NCBI GenBank assembly: GCA_015064845.1
Contig: SVRL01000007.1
Location: forward strand, 1,790-65,789
Direction of reading: 5' to 3'
Source: Oscillospiraceae bacterium
Lineage (GTDB): Bacteria > Bacillota > Clostridia > Oscillospirales > CAG-272
DNA: 64,000 bases
The position numbers were made by a program, and so were the translations under genes. Each line of letters opens with the position of its first letter. Position 1 is the stretch's first letter. Below are positions 45,049 to 53,096 of the stretch, piece by piece. The notes under the pieces are model-generated. The model was given only the letters and a program-made list of their open reading frames with translations, was not told the origin of the DNA and did no database searches.

Positions 45049-46107
45049 ATGAATAATAACCAAGAAACCACGCCCCGCGTGCTGAAAAGCTCTAAAAACA
45101 AAATTCGCGTTGAATTTGAGAGAACCTCCCTTAAAGAGAGAATGAAAGCGAAATATTTGAACAGCCTTTTCTATAAGAAATTGCTTGTTGCGGTTTTCCG
45201 TTTCATCCTTCTCCTCGGTATTTCCTATATCATTTTGTTCCCGTTTTTCTCGAAGATTTCGGCTTCCTTTATGAGCCCTCAGGACTTCCTGCAGAGTGAC
45301 GTTAAGATGATTCCGAAATATCCGACGTTGAACACTTACAAATATTTGATTACGGAAAACCAGTATTTCAAGGCAATGATCAACTCGTTCCTTCTTTCCG
45401 GTATCTGTGCATTGATCCAGATGTTCGTTGCAGCGTTTGTTGGTTACGGTTTTGCGAAATTTAAATTCAAAGGACGCAACCTCATCTTTATCTTCGTAAT
45501 GCTCACGATGATCGTTCCGCACCAGATTCTTGCTTCTTCTTTCGTTCAGAAGTTTATCTATTTCGATATCTTCGGACTTCTTGAAAAAACAGGTTTATAC
45601 AGTGCGTTGGGTATGTCACAAGGTATTTATAACACCTATGTTCCGTTGATCCTTCTCTCGCTGACGGGTCTTGCGTTCAAGAACGGTCTCTTTATCTTCT
45701 TGATGCGTAGCTACTACCGCGGCGTTCCGGATGAACTTGAAGAATCCTCTTTCATCGACGGTTACGGCGTATTCAAGACATTCTTTAAGATCATTCTTCC
45801 GATTTCCGGTCCGATGTTGATCACAGTATTTATCCTTGCTTTCTCTTGGCAGTGGACTGACATTTTCTATGTCAACACATTCCTTCCCAATGCGGAAAGC
45901 TTCCTCTTGACGAGCAATCAGTTCTGGGCTACCATGCCTGACACCTTGGAACTCCTTGGTCAGGCTGCCGGCACAAGCCTCCAGACTTTCGAAGTTGCTG
46001 TTAAGAATGCTGCAGGTCTTCTCGTTGTTCTTCCCTTGATTATCATGTATATCTTCTGTCAGAGATTCTTGGTTCAGGGTATTGAATCTTCCGGTCTTGC
46101 AAACTAA
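45049..46107 (+). CDS. Sugar ABC transporter permease (MalG-type), pair 2
   Basis: EAA loop (LEESSFIDGYGVFKTFFKIILP). Last gene before the terminator. Confidence 0.9.
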   Translation: MNNNQETTPRVLKSSKNKIRVEFERTSLKERMKAKYLNSLFYKKLLVAVFRFILLLGISYIILFPFFSKISASFMSPQDFLQSDVKMIPKYPTLNTYKYLITENQYFKAMINSFLLSGICALIQMFVAAFVGYGFAKFKFKGRNLIFIFVMLTMIVPHQILASSFVQKFIYFDIFGLLEKTGLYSALGMSQGIYNTYVPLILLSLTGLAFKNGLFIFLMRSYYRGVPDELEESSFIDGYGVFKTFFKIILPISGPMLITVFILAFSWQWTDIFYVNTFLPNAESFLLTSNQFWATMPDTLELLGQAAGTSLQTFEVAVKNAAGLLVVLPLIIMYIFCQRFLVQGIESSGLAN

Positions 46108-46117
46108 TTTCCAAAAT

Positions 46118-46150
46118 AAAAGAGCTTTCGCTTAGGCGAAGGCTCTTTTT
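46118..46150 (+). terminator. Terminator closing the seven-gene operon
   Basis: AAAAGAGCTTTCGC-TTAG-GCGAAGGCTCTTTTT. Confidence 0.85.
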
Positions 46151-46183
46151 GACATAAAATCCGAAAATTTTTATATAACCCCC

Positions 46184-46212
46184 TTGACAAATTCCTTATG
46201 TTAATGTATAAT
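46184..46212 (+). promoter_or_regulatory. Consensus sigma-A promoter for the acidic small protein gene
   Basis: TTGACA (46184-46189), a 17-nt spacer and TATAAT (46207-46212), with TG immediately upstream. Confidence 0.8.
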
Positions 46213-46247
46213 ATATCGGTATTTTATAGAAAAGGGGAATTTTATCA

Positions 46248-46556
46248 ATGAACGAAAACATGAAAGACTTTGGAATGCCTTACCCTCATTTTCCGGAAGG
46301 AGTGGAAAATGACGAAGTATTGGAACAGAGAGAAATGGACGTCAAAGAGACCGAAGATGAAATTTTGGGAGAACAGGATTTTATCATAAACGGAGGCGAT
46401 TTTGGCACTGTATCGGTAGAAAAAGAATTTTCCGTTAATATGGATGAATATTTTGAAGAAGAATTCGAAGAAGAATGTGCGTTTGTGCCTGTGGAAGAAA
46501 CAGACGATTACGAATTTATGCCCGATATCAATTTTGATATCTATAATGCAGAATAA
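46248..46556 (+). CDS. Small, extremely acidic protein of unknown function
   Basis: 102 aa with a GGGGAA RBS. Roughly one residue in three is Asp or Glu, with very few basic residues. It has its own promoter and terminator. Confidence 0.7.
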   Translation: MNENMKDFGMPYPHFPEGVENDEVLEQREMDVKETEDEILGEQDFIINGGDFGTVSVEKEFSVNMDEYFEEEFEEECAFVPVEETDDYEFMPDINFDIYNAE

Positions 46557-46572
46557 AAACAGCCAATGTCTA

Positions 46573-46602
46573 ACGACAGCGATCTCACGCTGTCGCTTTT
46601 TT
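46573..46602 (+). terminator. Terminator of the acidic-protein gene
   Basis: CGACAGCG-ATCTCA-CGCTGTCG followed by CTTTTTT. Confidence 0.85.
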
Positions 46603-46653
46603 GTATGGTTTGTGTTATACTGATTCCAAAATCATACGAAAGGAAAAACGTCT

Positions 46654-48057
46654 ATGAAAAAAATTGCTATTGTATATCCGAGAAATCTGAATGAACTTCG
46701 CAAACGCGCGTTAGAGATTCTTTCTTCCACCGTTCTTGATTATACGAAAGAATATCCTGTTTGTGTTTCGGATGATCGCGCGGAAGGACTTTCGGATTTT
46801 CGCCGTATTTATATCGGAACGAAAGAAAGCAATGCTTATATTGCCGAAAACAGTAAAGGTACGTTGACTGCTTCGGAAGAATATTTTATTTTGGTGGAAA
46901 ACGATACCGTTATCATTGAAGGTTTTGACGATGCGGGCGCATTGTACGGCGCGGTTGATTTTTATGATCGGTATATTTTGTCCAATGAATATCCGGATAA
47001 TCCCGATATTTACCGTATCAACTTTTTTGAGAGAGCAAACTTGCCTAATTTTGAATTTCGGTCAAAACCGTCGGTGGCAGAGCGCGGACTCTGGACTTGG
47101 GGGCATGTGATCTATGATTATAAAGGTTATCTTGATCATATGATGATGCTCAAGATGAATCGTGTGATTATCTGGAATGATTTTCTGCCTGTGAATGCCC
47201 GTGAAATTACGGAATATGCCCATGCAAGAAATATCAAGGTAATATGGGGTTTTGCATGGCTTTGGGATACCGATTGCGCGAAGTTTGATATGACTGCTCT
47301 GCGCGGCGAATCGGTAAAAGTTTTTGAAAAATTTGAAAAGGAATTCGGCGACACGGAACTTGACGGCATCTATTTCCAAACGTTCACGGAACTGAACAGG
47401 GAACATATTGACGGCGTTCTGATTGCCGAGGCTGCCGCTGACTTTGTCAATCGCACGGCGAAACTCTTTTATGAAAAATATCCGAACATTGAATTGGAGT
47501 TTGGTTTGCATGCCAACTCCGTGAAAAAAAGACTGGAATTTATCAGCGCGGTGGATTCCCGTATTCGAATCGTTTGGGAAAATTGCGGCTCCTTTCCATT
47601 TTCTTATATTCCGAATGACGTTAAGGATTTTGATGAAACCATGGAATTTGTCCGAAAAATTGCTTCTTTGCGCGGCAGTAACGACCGTTTCGGCGTTGTT
47701 ACCAAAGGCTTGGTTAAATTGGATTGGAGTTGCTTTGAACATTGCGCGGGCGCGCAGTATATCGGTGTCAGCACGGGCCGCATGAAACATGACCGCGTGG
47801 ACCGCAAAGCGCCGATCTGGAAATATATTCAGGCGAATTGGATCGCTTATGCGCATAAGGCACTGGAAGCCGTTCGGGTCATGCGTGATTGCAAACAAGG
47901 AGATCTCATCGTATATGCTCTTGTTGAGGACGGTATGTTTGAAGAAAATCTGATGTGGCCTGTTGCTTTATATGCGCAAATGCTTTGGGATTGTGATGAG
48001 GCACTGCCCTCTTTGATGAGCCGTGTTGCCTTGAGAAGCAACGTGGCGTTTGCCTGA
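46654..48057 (+). CDS. Putative glycosidase-like protein (GH20/GH67-type N-terminal alpha/beta domain plus a TIM-barrel-like core); family unassigned
   Basis: 467 aa, no signal peptide. EEYFILVENDTVIIEGFDDAGALYGAVDF resembles the non-catalytic N-domain of GH20/67/84/115 enzymes. This is followed by GLWTWGHVI...NRVIIWNDF. Confidence 0.55.
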   Translation: MKKIAIVYPRNLNELRKRALEILSSTVLDYTKEYPVCVSDDRAEGLSDFRRIYIGTKESNAYIAENSKGTLTASEEYFILVENDTVIIEGFDDAGALYGAVDFYDRYILSNEYPDNPDIYRINFFERANLPNFEFRSKPSVAERGLWTWGHVIYDYKGYLDHMMMLKMNRVIIWNDFLPVNAREITEYAHARNIKVIWGFAWLWDTDCAKFDMTALRGESVKVFEKFEKEFGDTELDGIYFQTFTELNREHIDGVLIAEAAADFVNRTAKLFYEKYPNIELEFGLHANSVKKRLEFISAVDSRIRIVWENCGSFPFSYIPNDVKDFDETMEFVRKIASLRGSNDRFGVVTKGLVKLDWSCFEHCAGAQYIGVSTGRMKHDRVDRKAPIWKYIQANWIAYAHKALEAVRVMRDCKQGDLIVYALVEDGMFEENLMWPVALYAQMLWDCDEALPSLMSRVALRSNVAFA

Positions 48058-48184
48058 GTGATATCAATTCCGAGGTATTTTGATAACGGTATTGAAAAAA
48101 TGCCTGATTTATGATATACTATATATGACCGATTGTTTTTGCCGAGAGCAAAAAAAGAAAAGGATGAATGAAAGGAAGTCTACA

Positions 48185-48952
48185 ATGATAGCCAATTACC
48201 ATACGCATACTTCCCGTTGCAACCATGCGACGGGAACGGACCGTGAATATGTGGAAGCCGCCATCCGCGCGGGTGTAAAAATTCTCGGTTTTTCGGACCA
48301 TTCTCCATATTGGTTCCCGAACGGATACTATTCCACGCACAGAATGAAACCGAATGAAATTGAAGATTACGTGAATTCCGTTCTTTCTCTGAAAAAGGAA
48401 TATCAAAACGATATCCGCATTTATCTTGGTTTTGAAGCGGAATACTATCCTCTTTACTTTGATAAAATGCTGGAAATGATTGCGCCTTATCCCTATGATT
48501 ATCTCATTTTGGGTCAGCATTATTTGAAGGATGAAAGCTCCGAATCTCATATTGCGCGCTTGGCAAACAGTTATGAGTCTCTCGTTCAGTATGTCAACGA
48601 GTGTACGGAAGCTTTGGCAACGGGGAAATTTTTCTGTTTTGCGCATCCCGATATTGTGAATTTCAAGGGAGATCCCCGTTTGTACCGAAGTGAAATGATA
48701 CGCCTTTGTAAAGCGGCAAAATCCGCAAACGTTCCCTTGGAGATCAATTTGCTCGGATTGAGAGAAAACAGAAATTATCCGAGAATTGATTTTTGGCAAA
48801 TTGCCGCCGATATCGGAAACGATGTCATTCTGGGTTCCGATTCCCATGAACCCGGCGTAACCGCAAGAGATGCGGATATCCGCGCCGCTATGGAGATCGT
48901 CAATGGATTCGGTTTGCATTTGATCGAGCCGATCGAACCGAAAATCGTCTGA
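48185..48952 (+). CDS. PHP-family histidinol-phosphatase (HisJ/HisK type)
   Basis: NYHTHTSRCNHA, GFSDHSP, FAHPD and SDSHEP metal-ligand blocks. Start placed at the ATG at 48185, 7 nt after AAGGAAG (alternative at 48164). Confidence 0.85.
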   Translation: MIANYHTHTSRCNHATGTDREYVEAAIRAGVKILGFSDHSPYWFPNGYYSTHRMKPNEIEDYVNSVLSLKKEYQNDIRIYLGFEAEYYPLYFDKMLEMIAPYPYDYLILGQHYLKDESSESHIARLANSYESLVQYVNECTEALATGKFFCFAHPDIVNFKGDPRLYRSEMIRLCKAAKSANVPLEINLLGLRENRNYPRIDFWQIAADIGNDVILGSDSHEPGVTARDADIRAAMEIVNGFGLHLIEPIEPKIV

Positions 48953-48975
48953 AAATTTTTATTTTTGAAAAAAGA

Positions 48976-49007
48976 AAACCGCTTGTGAAGAATACAGGCG
49001 GTTTTTT
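48976..49007 (+). terminator. Terminator after the PHP phosphatase gene
   Basis: AACCGCTTGT-GAAGAAT-ACAGGCGGTT followed by TTTT. Confidence 0.8.
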
Positions 49008-49159
49008 CGTTTGTACGAATCAAATTGACAATTGTTATTGACTTTTTATAATAAAAATAGTATAATATTATTGTTAACGATGATTTGTTTACGGTTTTTA
49101 GAAATAAATTGGACAAAAAGCCGTTTGTTTTTCGCAAACGGCGGAAAGAGGTTTGAGAT

Positions 49160-50593
49160 ATGGCTGATATCAGATACGATGCGGTTATCATCGGCGGCGG
49201 CGTTATCGGTTGTGCGATTGCAAGAGAACTTTCCCGTTATGCAATGTCTGTATGTCTTGTGGAAAAGACGGAAGACGTTTGCTCGGGTACTTCCAAAGCA
49301 AACAGCGCAATCGTTCACGCAGGTTACGATGCAAAACCGGGTAGCAAAAAAGCAAAATTGAACGTAAAAGGAAACGCAATGATGGGTGATCTCGCGCGTG
49401 ATCTTGAATTTGAATTCAAACGCAACGGCTCGCTCGTTCTTTGCTTTGCGGATGAGGATATGCCAAAGCTCGGCGAACTTTATCAAAGAGGTTTGAAAAA
49501 CGGCGTGGACGTTAAGATCCTCAGCGGCGACGAAGTGCGCCGTATGGAACCGAATATTACAAACGAAGTGGTAGCAGCGCTTTGGGCTCCTACGGGCGGT
49601 ATCGTTTGTCCCTTCGGCTTGACCATCGCGCTTGCCGAAAACGCTTGCGATAACGGCGTGGAATTCCGTTTCCATACCGAAGTAAAAAATATTGAAAAAG
49701 CAGAAGACGGCTATGTGCTGAAAACCAATCAAGGCGATATCGCTGCGAAGACCGTCATCAACGCCGCAGGCGTATATTCCGATGTGATTCATAATATGGT
49801 AAGCGAAACCAAGCTCCATATTACACCCAGAAAAGGCGACTACTGCCTGCTCGATAAAGAGGCTGGAACGCACGTCAGTGCAACGGTGTTCCAGCTTCCG
49901 GGTAAATACGGCAAGGGAATTCTCGTTTCTCCCACGGTTCACGGTAACCTCTTGCTCGGTCCGACCGCTGTGGATCTGAACGATAAAGAAAATACCGCAA
50001 CGACTGCGGCTGAGCTTGCAGACGTCGTTAAGAAATCCGCTGTCAGCGTAAAGGATATCCCTTACCGTCTGACCATCACTTCTTTCTCCGGCTTGCGCGC
50101 GCATGAAGACGGCGATGATTTCGTTCTCGGAGAAGTTTCCGATGCGCCCGGCTTTTTTGATGCCGCAGGCATTGAATCTCCCGGCCTTTCCTCCGCCCCC
50201 GCCATCGGTGTTGAAATCGCGGAAGCGGTTGCCGCAAAGCTCGGCGCTTCCAAAAAGGGAAACTTCATCGCCACAAGAAAAGGCTTTGTGAAGCTTGCTG
50301 AAAAATCTTTCGAAGAACGCGCCGCAAAGATCAAGGAAAATCCTCTTTACGGTGTCATTGTCTGCCGTTGCATGGAAATCAGCGAAGGCGAAATTGTGGA
50401 CGCAATCAACAGAACGCTCGGCGCAAAATCTCTTGACGGTATCAAGAGACGCGTGCATCAGGGCATGGGACGTTGTCAGGCAGGTTTCTGTACGTCCAAG
50501 ACCATGGAAATTCTTTCACGCGAAACGGGTATTCCCATGGAAAAAATTTGTAAAAACAGTGACGGCTCCGAGATGCTGTCGCATAAGATGTGA
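49160..50593 (+). CDS. FAD-dependent oxidoreductase (GlpA/GlpO-like glycerol-3-phosphate dehydrogenase family) with a BFD-like [2Fe-2S] domain
   Basis: YDAVIIGGGVIGCAIAREL dinucleotide fold. The C-terminal VCRCMEISEGEI...GRCQAGFC is a BFD-like cluster. Confidence 0.85.
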   Translation: MADIRYDAVIIGGGVIGCAIARELSRYAMSVCLVEKTEDVCSGTSKANSAIVHAGYDAKPGSKKAKLNVKGNAMMGDLARDLEFEFKRNGSLVLCFADEDMPKLGELYQRGLKNGVDVKILSGDEVRRMEPNITNEVVAALWAPTGGIVCPFGLTIALAENACDNGVEFRFHTEVKNIEKAEDGYVLKTNQGDIAAKTVINAAGVYSDVIHNMVSETKLHITPRKGDYCLLDKEAGTHVSATVFQLPGKYGKGILVSPTVHGNLLLGPTAVDLNDKENTATTAAELADVVKKSAVSVKDIPYRLTITSFSGLRAHEDGDDFVLGEVSDAPGFFDAAGIESPGLSSAPAIGVEIAEAVAAKLGASKKGNFIATRKGFVKLAEKSFEERAAKIKENPLYGVIVCRCMEISEGEIVDAINRTLGAKSLDGIKRRVHQGMGRCQAGFCTSKTMEILSRETGIPMEKICKNSDGSEMLSHKM

Positions 50594-50607
50594 GTGAGGT
50601 GACGGAA

Positions 50608-51873
50608 ATGAAACAGTATGATATCGTTGTCATCGGCGGCGGTCCCGCAGGACTTGCGGCGGCAATTTCCGCAAAAAAAGCAGGCGTTACCAATCTTTTG
50701 ATTCTGGAACGTGATTCCACACTCGGCGGTATTCTGAATCAGTGTATCCATAACGGTTTCGGCTTGCACACCTTCAAGGAAGAATTGACAGGTCCCGAAT
50801 ATGCTTCCCGTTTTATTGCCGAAGCAAAAGAAATGGAAATTCCTTATCAGCTCGGCGCGATGGTTCTCTCTGTTTCTCCCGAAAAGGTCATTACATATAT
50901 GAGCAAAGCGGAAGGTCTGGTTCAGATCTCCGCAAAAGCCATTATTCTTGCCATGGGCTGCCGCGAACGTCCGAGAGGCGCTTTGAATATCCCCGGCTTC
51001 CGTCCGGCAGGTATTTATTCCGCGGGAACCGCGCAGCGTTTGATGAATATTGAAGGCTACAGCGTTGGTAAAGAAGTTGTGATTCTCGGTTCGGGTGATA
51101 TCGGCTTGATCATGGCGAGAAGAATGACACTGGAAGGCGCAAAGGTTAAAGTTGTTGCGGAGCTTATGCCTTATTCGGGCGGCTTGAAGCGTAATATCGT
51201 TCAGTGCCTGAACGACTTTGATATTCCGCTTTTGCTCAGCCATACCGTTGTCGGCATTGATGGCAAAGACCGTTTGACGGGTGTTACCATTGCGAAAGTG
51301 GATGCAAACCGTCAGCCGATTCCCGGAACGGAAATTCATTACGATTGTGATACGCTTCTTCTTTCCTGCGGTTTGATTCCTGAAAACGAACTGACAAAAG
51401 AAATCGGTGTCGGCATGAACCGCGTAACCTCCGGTCCCAACGTTGACGACCGTTTGCAGACGGACGTTCCCGGCGTATTTGCTTGCGGAAACGTTCTTCA
51501 CGTGCATGACCTTGTTGACTATGTTTCTTCCGAAGCCGCTCTTGCAGGCGCCAATGCCGCAAAATACGTTTTGGATGAATCGGAAAAAGCGAATGCGCAT
51601 AAGGTTGTTATCAAAGCGGAAAACGGTGTCCGATATACCGTTCCTCAGACCATTGATATCGCTAATATGAGCGATTCCGTTACGGTTCGTTTCCGTGTCG
51701 GAGATATTTATCAAAACCGCGCGGTTTGCGTATATTACGACGGCAAGAAGATTTCGAGCCGTAAAAAACGCGTATTGGCACCGGGCGAAATGGAGCAGGT
51801 TATTCTGAAAAAGAACAGCTTTGCTGACTGTCCCGAGTTGTCCGAAATCGTTATTTGCACGGAGGAGGCGTAA
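50608..51873 (+). CDS. NAD(P)/FAD-dependent pyridine nucleotide-disulfide-type oxidoreductase
   Basis: YDIVVIGGGPAGLAAA and VILGSGDIGL (second Rossmann fold), plus ACGNVLHVHD. Start placed at the ATG at 50608 after GAGGTG. Confidence 0.85.
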   Translation: MKQYDIVVIGGGPAGLAAAISAKKAGVTNLLILERDSTLGGILNQCIHNGFGLHTFKEELTGPEYASRFIAEAKEMEIPYQLGAMVLSVSPEKVITYMSKAEGLVQISAKAIILAMGCRERPRGALNIPGFRPAGIYSAGTAQRLMNIEGYSVGKEVVILGSGDIGLIMARRMTLEGAKVKVVAELMPYSGGLKRNIVQCLNDFDIPLLLSHTVVGIDGKDRLTGVTIAKVDANRQPIPGTEIHYDCDTLLLSCGLIPENELTKEIGVGMNRVTSGPNVDDRLQTDVPGVFACGNVLHVHDLVDYVSSEAALAGANAAKYVLDESEKANAHKVVIKAENGVRYTVPQTIDIANMSDSVTVRFRVGDIYQNRAVCVYYDGKKISSRKKRVLAPGEMEQVILKKNSFADCPELSEIVICTEEA

Positions 51874-51876
51874 GTC

Positions 51877-52242
51877 ATGGAAGTAAAGAATTTGACTTGT
51901 ATCGGTTGCCCGATGGGTTGTTCTCTCACGGTAACCATTGAATGCGATAACATCGGTGTGGAAGGCAATACCTGTCCTCGCGGCGCGGACTATGCAAAGA
52001 AAGAGGTTACCAATCCCACGAGAATCGTAACGTCTTCCGTTCGTGTCATCGGTGCGGATATTGCAAGAGTTTCCGTAAAAACCGCAAGCGATATTCCGAA
52101 AGGAAAAATTTTCGCTTGTATGGAAGAAATTTGCAAGGCGGAGATGCAGGCTCCCGTTGCCATTGGCGACGTGGTGATCGAGAATTGCGCAGGAACCGGC
52201 GTCAATGTCATTGCAACCAAAAACGTATCGCTAAAAAAATAA
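51877..52242 (+). CDS. DUF1667 domain protein (Cys-rich partner of the two oxidoreductases)
   Basis: 121 aa with CIGCPMGCSL and GNTCPRG. Conserved three-gene arrangement. Confidence 0.8.
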   Translation: MEVKNLTCIGCPMGCSLTVTIECDNIGVEGNTCPRGADYAKKEVTNPTRIVTSSVRVIGADIARVSVKTASDIPKGKIFACMEEICKAEMQAPVAIGDVVIENCAGTGVNVIATKNVSLKK

Positions 52243-52344
52243 ATTTTTTGAAAATTACCCCCTGAACCGTACCGCCCTCTCGTTTTCCGGGAAATCGGAG
52301 CGAGCGGACGGTAGTTTTCTATTACAATAAAAGGAGGAATTCCC

Positions 52345-53052
52345 ATGTTTATTGTGGATGCATGGAATTGGCTTTTGGATGCCGCTTCTTCATGGAGTCT
52401 TTTGGCGATTACCATTCGTCTTTTGTTTGCTTTGGTTGTCGGTCTGATTATTGGCATTGACCGAGAACGCAAACGCCGCGTGGCGGGAATTAAAACACAT
52501 ATTCTTGTTTGTCTCGGTTCTGCGCTCGTGATGATTACCAGCCAATATATGATGGTGGAATTCGGAGATATGGCAGATATTTCCCGTATGGGCGCTCAGG
52601 TTATCAGCGGCGTCGGTTTTTTGGGCGTAGGTACGATCATCGTTACGGGACGTAATCAGGTCAAAGGATTGACGACGGCGGCGAGCATTTGGGTTTGCGC
52701 TTGTGTCGGTCTTGCATCGGGTATCGGATTCATTGAAGGTGTAGTCATTACGCTTTTATTGCTTGTTTTTACATTAAAGGTTCTCGGAAAATTGGATACC
52801 ATCGTCAGAAAGGGTGCCAAGGAAGTAGATCTTTATATCGAATTTGTTGATAATAAAGGATTGCTCAGTTTTTGTGATAAAATGAAAACGGATGGACATA
52901 AGATCGTGAAAATGCAGATTGGAAAATGCGAAAGTGAAAACGATTTTCCGAATGCGCTTTTCAGTATTCGTACGAAAGACCGTGATCACATTGCCAAACT
53001 TGCAGTGGAGTTGCGCCGTTTGAAATACGTCAAATCGGTGGAAGAACTCTGA
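52345..53052 (+). CDS. MgtC/SapB-family membrane protein
   Basis: LLFALVVGLIIGIDRE..AGIKTHILVCLGSAL, four to five TM helices and a C-terminal ACT-like soluble domain. Confidence 0.88.
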   Translation: MFIVDAWNWLLDAASSWSLLAITIRLLFALVVGLIIGIDRERKRRVAGIKTHILVCLGSALVMITSQYMMVEFGDMADISRMGAQVISGVGFLGVGTIIVTGRNQVKGLTTAASIWVCACVGLASGIGFIEGVVITLLLLVFTLKVLGKLDTIVRKGAKEVDLYIEFVDNKGLLSFCDKMKTDGHKIVKMQIGKCESENDFPNALFSIRTKDRDHIAKLAVELRRLKYVKSVEEL

Positions 53053-53096
53053 TTGCATATATTTTAACTTTTTGGAAAATCAAGGAAATTTTTACT

